Below are positions 1 through 8,853 of a stretch of DNA of 64,000 nt, one piece after another. Source of the stretch: Cenarchaeum sp. Lineage in GTDB: Archaea > Thermoproteota > Nitrososphaeria > Nitrososphaerales > Nitrosopumilaceae. The stretch covers positions 416,001 through 480,000 of the forward strand of contig OY843768.1 of NCBI GenBank assembly GCA_963693095.2, in the 5' to 3' direction. How positions within the stretch are numbered: position 1 is the first letter of the stretch; the number at the start of each line of letters is the position of its first letter. Both the position numbers and the translations under genes were made by a program. The notes beneath the pieces were generated by a model. That model did not search any database. It was given only the letters and a program-made list of their open reading frames with translations, and was not told the origin of the DNA.

Positions 1-2
1 AG

Positions 3-122
3 GCCATGTTCAAGTGCCCCTCATGCAGCAAGATACTCGAGTCCAAGGACAACGAGCGCGTAAAGCGATCCCTCACCTTAAAGATCGACGAGATAAAGGG
101 CGACATGCAGCGCACATTCTAG
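3..122 (+). CDS. tfe: Transcription factor E (TFE alpha), 3' end only
   Basis: Own translation AMFKCPSCSKILESKDNERVKRSLTLKIDEIKGDMQRTF*. FxCPxC zinc-ribbon half plus helical tail typical of archaeal TFE; truncated by the window edge. Confidence 0.7.
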   Translation, partial: AMFKCPSCSKILESKDNERVKRSLTLKIDEIKGDMQRTF

Positions 123-169
123 CGCATGGGGACTTTAAGTTTATTATGTCCAACCTGCGGCCACGTGCG

Positions 170-259
170 ATGATGAAGGGATTTGGCTGGTGGATCGCAA
201 TGATCGCCGGAGCGGCCATCACGTACTATGGGGCCTCGATTCTCCTGCCGTGGAAGTAG
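170..259 (+). CDS. Small 29-aa single-helix membrane peptide
   Basis: MMKGFGWWIAMIAGAAITYYGASILLPWK. AT-rich TATA-like box at ~134-146 lies ~25 nt upstream of ATG 170. Confidence 0.55.
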   Translation: MMKGFGWWIAMIAGAAITYYGASILLPWK

Positions 260-322
260 GCGCGTGCGCACGGGCCCCGTGGCGCCCATCAGAAACCATT
301 ATTAGCAAACGCCTGCGACGCC

Positions 323-676
323 GTGCCGATGAGGGTCTTTGACGGGCGCAAGGCAGCCGACGACTACATGTCGGCGCACACGCTGGCATTCTCGACTCCC
401 GAGCTCACGCTCAAGCGGTTTGCCTTTTGGCTTGCCGACATGGTGCCTGATCCGGCCGGCAGCGGCGGCAGCGTTCCGCGAATCGACACGTTCGTCGAGG
501 AGAAGGACTTTGAGCCCGTCAGGGTCGTCGATGACGACAAGTACACGCCGTCTGGCGCGGTTCTTGCGTCCTCGATGTATGGTGACCCGTCTGCCTCTGC
601 AAAGTTTTGCGCCGAGTGCGGCTCTAAGGTGTCTGATGGCGCAAAGTTTTGCGCCGCGTGCGGAACTGCGGCCTAG
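323..676 (+). CDS. Hypothetical protein with C-terminal zinc ribbon
   Basis: C-terminal FCAECG...AKFCAACG; TATA-like box at ~298. Confidence 0.75.
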   Translation: MPMRVFDGRKAADDYMSAHTLAFSTPELTLKRFAFWLADMVPDPAGSGGSVPRIDTFVEEKDFEPVRVVDDDKYTPSGAVLASSMYGDPSASAKFCAECGSKVSDGAKFCAACGTAA

Positions 677-1224
677 GGCGAGAGGCTAGAGCCGCAGCCA
701 GTGCAAAACTTTGCGCCAGGTCTCGTCTCCCTGCCGCATGATCCGCACCTGTTCTGCGGACTCGCAACTAGTGAGGGATCCGGCGTCGGCAGCGTGCCCG
801 GCGATGTGAATGCCTCGCCGGCAGACACGATGCTAGGCGGCGCGCCGCCAACGGGGTTTGATGCGGTTCCGGCCCTTCCGTCCATTCCCATGCCTGCCAT
901 GCCGGGTGGCATTCCAGGCTGCATGCCGCCGGGCTGCATTCCGCCCGGCATTATGCGCTGGGGCCCACCGCCCTGCCCTGCGCCGGCTCCGCGATCCAGT
1001 GCCTTTTTGAGCTCAAACATTGCCTTTATCGAGAGGAACTCTAGTGCCGAGCACGCCACAAGATAGTCGCCCATCTTGCCAAAGAACTCGCGTTCCTCCA
1101 TCTTGCCGGCCTTGTATAGCGTGTTGGCATCGAGGAACGACTCGTAATATCCCTGTGACTCGTTGAGCAGGTTGTCAAGCTTTTCAAAGAGCATGCTGAG
1201 CGTGTCGACCTCGCCGTACGACAT
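673..1224 (-). CDS. Zinc-ribbon domain protein with Gly/Pro/Met-rich linker
   Basis: Start re-set to ATG 1224 (MSYGEVDTLS...) downstream of a TATA-like box at ~1248-1256; C-terminal CGSCG...AKFCTGCG. Confidence 0.75.
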   Translation of the reverse strand: MSYGEVDTLSMLFEKLDNLLNESQGYYESFLDANTLYKAGKMEEREFFGKMGDYLVACSALEFLSIKAMFELKKALDRGAGAGQGGGPQRIMPGGMQPGGMQPGMPPGMAGMGMDGRAGTASNPVGGAPPSIVSAGEAFTSPGTLPTPDPSLVASPQNRCGSCGRETRPGAKFCTGCGSSLSP

Positions 1225-1286
1225 GGCGCTCGGGCGACGAGCTGCCGTATTAATACCTAGTCTAGACGTGGGCAACACTGCGGGCA

Positions 1287-4200
1287 GTGGGCGGCTTGGG
1301 CGCCGGCCCACACGCGTGGCCTATATGCCCTGTTGCGCAAGGTGGGTTTTTAACCACGTTGATCACGGTGTCTTTGTTAACGTTGCTGGTCACGCACATT
1401 TCGACTGTTTTTGCATTGGCTGCCATCGTGGCAGTCGGTGCGCTCTCATGGGCGGATCTCGTTGACGCCCAGGCGCCCGAGGACTCTGCGATCCCGGGCT
1501 CATACGGGCTTGACTTCTCCAGGATGCGCATGTCGTCCCTTGGCGACACGCACAGGATATACGTTGGCCTGGCAAGCGAGCCGGCGGCCAACAGCCCTCT
1601 GCGCATACTCGTTGAGTTTACCGACACGGCCGGACGGCCTGTATCAAACGTCAACTATGACGTCACGGTCTCCCAGCGCGGCTCTGACCTCGTGGTGCTT
1701 CGAAACGAGCACGATGACAATTATGACCTGCGCCCAATAGAGGTCACGACTCGCCCGCTGCCATTTGGGGCGCCTGTTGATGTCACTATAATGTTTCATG
1801 GGTTTGGCAATGTGGGTTCTGAGCTGCGTGGCCCGACAGGAACGACCATTGGGTTTAGGCAGGTTCGCACAGTCACGGACATCACGCAGGTGGGCGCCGT
1901 GGTGTGGCTTCAGGACATGTATCCGGCGCCAGGCGGCGCAGTTGTGAGGGTGACTGACTCTGACATGAACAGGGATCGCCTTGTGGCTGACAGGCTTTCA
2001 TTGCGCATATTCTCGGCCTCTGACCCAACGGGCGTGGCTGTGAGTGCCGTGGAGACTGGAGCCAACACGGGAGAGTTTGATGCGGCCATCACGACGATCA
2101 CGTCTGGCCGATCATCAGGCTCAACACTATATGTCTCGCAGGGTGACAAGATCACGGCGCGCTATGATGACCAGAGCGTTCCGAGCGCAGGCGCCTCGTC
2201 GATCAGGGTTGAGGGTGACATGGTCATAGGCGAGTTTGTCCCATACCTTGAGCGCGTGAAGATCAGCGACGTGAACATAACGGACAAGTCCAGCAACGCC
2301 GCTACGCGCGAACCGACGGGGGAGCCAATACTGATCTCCAGCACAATCACAAACTCGCTGGGGATCGACCAAAAATATGCCTACGTTGTCCAGGTGAACG
2401 ATGCGGATGACTCTACGGTGTCGCTCACATGGTCGAGCGGAACGTTACGATCGGGACAGACGACTAGCCCGTCCTCGTCATGGGTTCCGTCATCTGCCGG
2501 AGAGCACATCGTGTCAGTCTTTGTGTGGCGGTCCATAGATGATCCTGTGCCGCTCTCCGCCGAGGCGAGCTCGCGCCTGACCATAGTGGGAGGAACGGGG
2601 CCCGGCGGCGCCGTTGAGCCGCACTCTAGGTTTGTCCCCTACATGGTGCAGGGTGATGACCCACAGGTCTATGTGGATCGCTATGACAGCGATCCGGCGT
2701 ACAGGGCATGGTTTGATTCGGGATTTCCGGATCTCACGATATGGCGAGCCGTCGGGCTTGCAGACACGGCTCCGCCGCCCCCTCCGCCGCCGCCCTCCAC
2801 CACACAGCGCGGCACGCCGGATCCCGCGTTTGCGCCGTTCATGTCCTCGAGTGTGGATCCGCAGGTCTATGTCGACCGATACAACTCGGACAGGTCATAC
2901 AGGGAATGGTTTGACACAAACTTTGCAGGACTTACCATACGGCAGGCCGTTGGCCTAGATCGGGTGGACGGCGCCGCTGATGCCCCAATTGAGCTCCGCG
3001 TCAGCAGGGACACCTACACCGTGGGCAGCTCTGTGCTCCTGGCTGGCACGGTCAACGAGAGGATCGCAGGCTCGGCGACGTTTGTGCGCGTCTTTGCGCC
3101 AAACGGCGACCTTTACGAAATTTCACAGGCCAATCTCCGCGATGACGGGAGATTCGTGCACACGATCACGACTACGCCCACATGGGTGTCTGGCAAGTAC
3201 ACAATAGAGGTCTCACATGCGTCCGAGATTGCCAGGGTGACAGTGGACATAACCGGCGGCGCACAGTTGCCTAGGGCGAACACTGCAATATCGATTGACA
3301 CTGACATGGCGTCCTACGTGTCAGGACAAATAGTTGCCGTGCGTGGGTCAGTCAACGAGCTATCGCCTAGCGCGGCAGTCACAATATCGGTAAAGTCGCC
3401 TGACGGGATACTTGTGGTTGTGGATCAGATCACTCCGTCAAAAGACAACACGTTTGCCACATCGTTCCACACTTTTGGCTGGGCGTGGAACAGTTCTGGA
3501 ACGTACACGATAACTGCCCGCTATGGTTCTAGCGCAATGGCAGAGGCCACAATACAGTTTACAAACCGTGCTGTGCCCGTGAGCGCGATAACGCTCAGCG
3601 CTGACCGTGCCTCCTACGCAGCCGATGACGTGGTCACTATAACAGGAGCCGTTGCAAACGTCGCGCATGGCGCGCTCACCCTAGTCGTCACGGCACCTGA
3701 CGGAAACCGTGTGCTTTTGACACAGCCCAATCTCGACGCGAACAACCGGTTCAAGACGACGTTTACGGCCGGTGGTTCCCTGTGGGAAAACCCCGGAACA
3801 TACACGGTAAAGGTGACCTATGGCCCAACAGGCTCACTCACAGCACAGACGACCATAGAGTATGCCGGAGGCGTGCCTGCCCAGGAACAAGCTCCTAGGC
3901 CACGATCCGCCATAGACTCCACACTAGCAGGAATAGTGTTTGATATCACCGGCGGCGAGGTAATCAGCATAGCCCGGGGAGCAAGCGGCAGCCCGTCCAT
4001 TGAAATACTGATCGACGCCACTGATGATGGCAAATTGACTCTCGGCGTGCCAAGAATCGTGCTTGACTCTAGGACAGAGGGTGCCGAGGGCGATGACGTT
4101 CCCTTTAGCGTTCTGATCGACGGCGAGATAGTCGATGCAGTCGAGTCTAACAGTATCATGACACGCACACTCATCATTGACTTCTCTGCAGATGATAGGC

Positions 4201-6482
4201 AGGTCATAGAAATAATCGGCAGCTGGATTGTCGATATGCGACCCGGCGTGGCTGCCACTGTGTCAGTCTCTACTAACAGGGCTGACTATACGTCGGGTGA
4301 CTCAATCGTCGTCAGCGGAAGCGTCACCTCTAGATCTCATGGCGACGTGGTATATCTCCGTGTGTTAACGCCATCCGGCCACGAGGTATATTCGTCAGCG
4401 GTTGACCTGGACAGGTCAAACTCGTACTCGCACAGAGTAATCTCTGTCTCAGATTGGGGCGATACTGAAGCCTACAAGGTGCGTGCGACATATGGATCGA
4501 GTCCAGTGGCCGAGGTGTCGATCAACATAGTTCGACTTGATGCTAGGACGACGGTGACTCTCACGACTGACAAGGCGCGCTACTCCCATGGCGATATCGT
4601 CACGATAACAGGCCAGCTGGGCGAGAGGCCGCGAAGCGAGCTCACGATCGAAGTTCTCTCACCTGGCGGCTCGCTCATCTATTCTGATGCGCATCATCTT
4701 GGATCCTCCACAACGTTCACGTCAGAGTTTGTCATCACAGACACAAAGTGGAAAGGGGTCGGCATATACACAATATCGGCCGTGGACGAGATGGGATCAT
4801 CACGCACGGTGATCGGGCGCATCGCGATAGAGTTTGTGGGCAACCCGCCTGCACGCCCTCCGACTCCAGGATCAATCACAATTTCCACTGACAGGCCATC
4901 ATACGCCAGCGGGAGCACGGTCACAGTCACAGGGACGAGGGCTCCGGCAGCATACGAGTTCCTCCAGGGTTCGCTTAACTTGGTCATCACGGCACCAAAC
5001 GGCGCCAGCGTGATCTCGGGATATCCGACCTTGGGCTCTGACGGCTCCTTTGAGCACACGTTTGCCATATCCGGCTCCCTTTGGTCCGATGTCGGAACCT
5101 ACACGATCACACTAGAGCTGACGCCTGACCCTAATCGTGTGGTCATTGACGAGACAACAATAGAGTACCTTGGCGACGCCACCCCGCCGGCTCCGACAAC
5201 CGTGCTGGTAATATCGCCCATTCCGCAACAGTCGGCTCTCGTGGGCTCGACACTGACATTCACGGCAACGCCGACTGACCCGTCATTCACAGACCTCTCG
5301 TGGGGTCTTGGGGGCACGGCACTGGCCGGCGCGTCAATAAGCAGCCGTGGTGTATTTGAGTGGACACCGCAAGCGTCGGCACTGACTGACCCCGCCGGCG
5401 TGACCTATACGGTCGTGGTGAACGCCACTGACGGCCAGCAGTCGGCTGGAACCTCGGTTACCATAGTTCTCATGCCGCAGGCTGAAACGGCACCGCAACC
5501 GACGATCACGATGTCATCGCGCACCATGCAGTACTCGTTCATGGTCAACGAGCAGGCTAGCGTGTCAATCTCCACTGACAGCACGTATGCCTCAACGGTC
5601 ACCGGCAGTGTTGATGTCAGCATAAGGCACAGCGCCGGCGGCACGCCGTTGCGCACGACACAGGTGTCCGTGACCATACCGACCGGAGCCTCGACCATAA
5701 ACGTCGATCTGGGGACGCATGCTGCGCCAACAACGCTAAACGTGGACATGGCACTCAGCCATATGGTCGGTGGAGAAATTTCCAGGATCGGCACGGCCTC
5801 GACAGTGGTGTACATTGTTGGTGGCAACACCGGCGCACAGGAACAGGAAGAGAACCAGCAACCGGCAAATGTGCCGACTGCGCGCGGTGATCAGCCCGAC
5901 GAGCCTCCGCGAGAGGCGCCCCAGGTTCCCAGGGCACGCGGGGACAACACCGAGGTAGAGCAGCAGCCCGAGCAACCGGCAGAACGCCAGGCAGAAGAGC
6001 CCGCGCAGGAGGATCCGCCGGCACAACCTGCAGAAATGCAGGCTGAACAGCCAGAGGATCCACCGGCGCAACCCGAGGAACAACAGCCAGTGGATCGCCA
6101 GGCCGAAGAGCCCGCGCAGGAGGATCCGCCGGCACAGCCAGTGGAGAGGCGGGGTGCGCAGCCCGAGCAGACGCCAGAGCAGCAACCAGTAGAGAGACAG
6201 CCCGCGCAGGAGGATCCGCCGGCACAGCCAGTGGAGAGGCAGGGTGCGCAGCCCGAGCAGACGCCAGAGCGGCAACCAGTAGAGAGACAGCCCGCACAGG
6301 AGGATCTGTCGGCACAGCCAGTGGAGAGGCAGGGTGCGCAGCCCGAGCAGACGCCAGAGCAGCAACCAGTAGAGAGACAGCCCGCACAGGAGGATCCGCC
6401 GGCACAGCCAGTGGAGAGGCAGGGCGGACAGCCTGGCGAGACGGGAGAGCAGCAGCCCGAGCAGACGCCGGTAGCAAGATAG
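1287..6482 (+). CDS. Giant secreted mosaic surface/S-layer-related protein with Ig-like repeats and Q/E/P-rich tail
   Basis: 1731-aa ORF; real start probably ~1368-1383 after a TTTTTAAC box. Signal-peptide-like N-terminus, thaumarchaeal S-layer C-terminal-like domains, repeated beta-rich 'xDRxxYxxGxxVxITG...APNG...GTYTI' domains. Confidence 0.85.
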   Translation: MGGLGAGPHAWPICPVAQGGFLTTLITVSLLTLLVTHISTVFALAAIVAVGALSWADLVDAQAPEDSAIPGSYGLDFSRMRMSSLGDTHRIYVGLASEPAANSPLRILVEFTDTAGRPVSNVNYDVTVSQRGSDLVVLRNEHDDNYDLRPIEVTTRPLPFGAPVDVTIMFHGFGNVGSELRGPTGTTIGFRQVRTVTDITQVGAVVWLQDMYPAPGGAVVRVTDSDMNRDRLVADRLSLRIFSASDPTGVAVSAVETGANTGEFDAAITTITSGRSSGSTLYVSQGDKITARYDDQSVPSAGASSIRVEGDMVIGEFVPYLERVKISDVNITDKSSNAATREPTGEPILISSTITNSLGIDQKYAYVVQVNDADDSTVSLTWSSGTLRSGQTTSPSSSWVPSSAGEHIVSVFVWRSIDDPVPLSAEASSRLTIVGGTGPGGAVEPHSRFVPYMVQGDDPQVYVDRYDSDPAYRAWFDSGFPDLTIWRAVGLADTAPPPPPPPPSTTQRGTPDPAFAPFMSSSVDPQVYVDRYNSDRSYREWFDTNFAGLTIRQAVGLDRVDGAADAPIELRVSRDTYTVGSSVLLAGTVNERIAGSATFVRVFAPNGDLYEISQANLRDDGRFVHTITTTPTWVSGKYTIEVSHASEIARVTVDITGGAQLPRANTAISIDTDMASYVSGQIVAVRGSVNELSPSAAVTISVKSPDGILVVVDQITPSKDNTFATSFHTFGWAWNSSGTYTITARYGSSAMAEATIQFTNRAVPVSAITLSADRASYAADDVVTITGAVANVAHGALTLVVTAPDGNRVLLTQPNLDANNRFKTTFTAGGSLWENPGTYTVKVTYGPTGSLTAQTTIEYAGGVPAQEQAPRPRSAIDSTLAGIVFDITGGEVISIARGASGSPSIEILIDATDDGKLTLGVPRIVLDSRTEGAEGDDVPFSVLIDGEIVDAVESNSIMTRTLIIDFSADDRQVIEIIGSWIVDMRPGVAATVSVSTNRADYTSGDSIVVSGSVTSRSHGDVVYLRVLTPSGHEVYSSAVDLDRSNSYSHRVISVSDWGDTEAYKVRATYGSSPVAEVSINIVRLDARTTVTLTTDKARYSHGDIVTITGQLGERPRSELTIEVLSPGGSLIYSDAHHLGSSTTFTSEFVITDTKWKGVGIYTISAVDEMGSSRTVIGRIAIEFVGNPPARPPTPGSITISTDRPSYASGSTVTVTGTRAPAAYEFLQGSLNLVITAPNGASVISGYPTLGSDGSFEHTFAISGSLWSDVGTYTITLELTPDPNRVVIDETTIEYLGDATPPAPTTVLVISPIPQQSALVGSTLTFTATPTDPSFTDLSWGLGGTALAGASISSRGVFEWTPQASALTDPAGVTYTVVVNATDGQQSAGTSVTIVLMPQAETAPQPTITMSSRTMQYSFMVNEQASVSISTDSTYASTVTGSVDVSIRHSAGGTPLRTTQVSVTIPTGASTINVDLGTHAAPTTLNVDMALSHMVGGEISRIGTASTVVYIVGGNTGAQEQEENQQPANVPTARGDQPDEPPREAPQVPRARGDNTEVEQQPEQPAERQAEEPAQEDPPAQPAEMQAEQPEDPPAQPEEQQPVDRQAEEPAQEDPPAQPVERRGAQPEQTPEQQPVERQPAQEDPPAQPVERQGAQPEQTPERQPVERQPAQEDLSAQPVERQGAQPEQTPEQQPVERQPAQEDPPAQPVERQGGQPGETGEQQPEQTPVAR
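5995..6470 (+). repeat. Coding tandem repeat with a 90-bp unit (PAQEDPPAQPVERQGAQPEQTPEQQPVERQ)
   Basis: Near-identical units start at 6111, 6201, 6291 and 6381 (partial); more degenerate units from ~5995. Confidence 0.95.
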
Positions 6483-6660
6483 CTATAGGCGGCCAACACG
6501 ATGGCTGGCACTCCGCGGCCGGGCCAGCGTGGTATTGATGGCGTTTTGGCCTGGCCATGCCAATGGCGCAAGACCCACGTCACGGAAAATCTGCCCATGT
6601 GCCGAAAATCGGGTCTCGCCGACTACAATGCTGCCCCTGGTGGCGTCTCGTGAGCCCCTG

Positions 6661-6990
6661 CTATTGCGCGATCGCTGTGTCGATGGTCGACTTTAGCGCG
6701 TCCTTTGAGGCCGCACCGACCTGCTGGGTGAGGACCTTGCCGTCCTTGAACAGGACCATCGTGGGTATGCTAAAGACATTGTACTTTGAGGCGATATCGC
6801 CGGCCTTGTCCACGTTGACCTTGACAAACTTTACCGTCCCGTCGTACTCGCCAGAGAGCTCGTCGACGACTGGCCCGACCATCCTGCATGGGCCGCACCA
6901 CTCTGCCCAAAAGTCCACAAAGACCGGCACGGGCGACTTTAGGACCTCGGCCTCCCATGCCGCTGCCTCCTCCACGTGGGTGACTCCCAT
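6661..6990 (-). CDS. trxA: Thioredoxin
   Basis: VDFWAEWCGPC active site, SIPT motif, 109 aa. Confidence 0.97.
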   Translation of the reverse strand: MGVTHVEEAAAWEAEVLKSPVPVFVDFWAEWCGPCRMVGPVVDELSGEYDGTVKFVKVNVDKAGDIASKYNVFSIPTMVLFKDGKVLTQQVGAASKDALKSTIDTAIAQ

Positions 6991-7107
6991 GGCGGGGTGC
7001 CCAAATGTGCGGGGCTAAATACCTTGCAGTCGTTGCAGCCGTGTGGTGGCCTGCGCTGCCGCCCTCGCAGAATATACTTAAATGCGGCAAGGGTTCGCCG
7101 TGGCGCC

Positions 7108-7893
7108 ATGAGCACCGACCAGCGGCTCAAAAAGCTGCGCGGCTCTGGCGGATTTGTCATGGCGACTATCGGCGATGACCTTCAGCAAAAGGGCAACCTT
7201 GGCGGCCCTGACCTATTCCTTGCGCCCATCGGGCGCCTGCCTGAGGCATCCGTCTCGTCATACCACTGCAACACGTGCGAAAAGGCGTACGAGGGCTGCC
7301 CGCGCATAGAGCACGAGGCGCCAAACGAGACGGTCTCGGATAACCTTGTGCTAGCCGAGAGGGGACAGTATGTCTGCACGGCGTGCGAGTCGCCGATCGC
7401 CGAGTACCGCGTGTTCCACAAGCCTGACGAGGGCGCCGACGCGGGTCTTGCGCGGCCGATGGCCCCAGATGCGGCACCGCCAAATGTTGCCCCGCCGCCG
7501 GCCTTTGACACGCCAGACGCGCAGGACGTCATGGCAGCAGCAGGAATGAACATGGTGCCGCCTCCGGGAGGCGACGCTCCGGCTGCTGCGCCGACGCCGG
7601 GTGACATTAGCGCCATTGTCGGAATGCCCGTATATGACGAGCGCGCGATGATGGTCGGCACTGCCAGGCAGGTCGGCGTGGACTCGGCGTCTGGCTCGCT
7701 TGTCCTGGCACTCGAGGCGCCTGACGGCTCACTCTCAAACGTGCCGTGGAGCCGCGTCGGCACGGTCGGCGAGATTATTCTTTTGGGGACCGCATCGCAG
7801 GCCGCCGCGCCGGCTGCGGGCTCGTGCCAATCGTGCGGCTTTGCCAACAAGGCCGCCTCAAAGTTCTGCGAACAGTGCGGCAAGGCCATCTAG
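7108..7893 (+). CDS. Zn-binding / PRC-barrel / zinc-ribbon protein
   Basis: Start at ATG 7108 (MSTDQRLKKLRGSGG). CNTC and CTAC pairs, PRC-barrel-like 'IVGMPVYDERAMMVG...VPWSRV...GEIILL', C-terminal CQSCG...KFCEQCG. Confidence 0.75.
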   Translation: MSTDQRLKKLRGSGGFVMATIGDDLQQKGNLGGPDLFLAPIGRLPEASVSSYHCNTCEKAYEGCPRIEHEAPNETVSDNLVLAERGQYVCTACESPIAEYRVFHKPDEGADAGLARPMAPDAAPPNVAPPPAFDTPDAQDVMAAAGMNMVPPPGGDAPAAAPTPGDISAIVGMPVYDERAMMVGTARQVGVDSASGSLVLALEAPDGSLSNVPWSRVGTVGEIILLGTASQAAAPAAGSCQSCGFANKAASKFCEQCGKAI

Positions 7894-7950
7894 GGCCGCC
7901 GCAGGCCACTAGCAATGTTTATGTTGTGAGCGTGGAGTCGCGCGGCGTCG

Positions 7951-8853
7951 ATGGCAAGAAACAAGCTGGTCATGGAGCTCGCAGTCGCCGGAGCGATGCT
8001 CCTTGTGGGGTGGCTCATCATGTACATGGTGTTTGGAACGCCCTACCCGTTCTATGTCGTGGCCAGCGGCAGCATGATTCCGGCACTCGAGGTCAACGAC
8101 ATACTCCTCGTCCAGGGCCATGACCCCATAGAGGCCGTCATGGTCGGTGACATTATCGTCTTTGACCGGCCAGACGGGGCCGACAAGGTCATAGTCCACA
8201 GGGTCGTCGAGGTGATATCCGAGGAGCCGCGCATCCTGCGCACGCGCGGGGACGCAAACCAGATATCGATACCCGGAACGGACTTTCCGATAACGGGCGA
8301 TGACTATATCGGCACGGTCATGCACGCAGTGCCAAAGGTCGGCTATGTCACAAAGGCACTCGCGCCACCGGTCAACTATATCCTGATTGCCATAATCATC
8401 GGCTTTATGGCCTACAAGCACGTGCGCTCCTCGCGCTCGCCGGCCGGCCCCGAGCCGGACAGCGACGTTGGAAACCTCGATGACGTGCCGCGCGATGGCG
8501 AGTATTCTGCCGGCGGGGGCTCTGTTGCGCCGGGACTCGAGCCGCCCAACGCGCCGCCTCGCGATGCGCCACCGGTGCCAGATAGCCCCCATGTCGAGCG
8601 CGACGAAACGCACGCCAAAACGCACACGCCTCCTGATGCGCCGCCTGTTCCTGACCACTATGGCGCACTTGGCCTCGGCAGGTCGGCCTCGATGCCGGAG
8701 ATTCGCGCGAGATACGAGGAGCTGGCCGCGCAATGGGCAGGCAGCACCGGCGATGAGGCGCGAATCGCGAGGATAACTAGGGCATATGAAATTCTCTCAG
8801 ACCCAGAGATGCGCCACAGGTACGACGAGTCACTCGGGCCTGCCGGCCGCTAG
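7951..8853 (+). CDS. Signal peptidase I (Sec11/SipW type) with C-terminal J-domain-like extension
   Basis: VVASGSMIP (catalytic Ser), GDIIVF, IVHRV (His), TRGDAN and two TM helices; C-terminal DHYGALGL...EIRARY...ITRAYEILSDPEMRHRYD. Confidence 0.9.
   Translation: MARNKLVMELAVAGAMLLVGWLIMYMVFGTPYPFYVVASGSMIPALEVNDILLVQGHDPIEAVMVGDIIVFDRPDGADKVIVHRVVEVISEEPRILRTRGDANQISIPGTDFPITGDDYIGTVMHAVPKVGYVTKALAPPVNYILIAIIIGFMAYKHVRSSRSPAGPEPDSDVGNLDDVPRDGEYSAGGGSVAPGLEPPNAPPRDAPPVPDSPHVERDETHAKTHTPPDAPPVPDHYGALGLGRSASMPEIRARYEELAAQWAGSTGDEARIARITRAYEILSDPEMRHRYDESLGPAGR

Noticed and set aside
5995-6470. CRISPR array
   Set aside because: Contiguous in-frame units without unique spacers; it is a coding tandem repeat.
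5736-6598. Cys-rich and Leu/Trp-rich antisense ORFs
   Set aside because: They are shadows of the Q/E/P repeat on the opposite strand.
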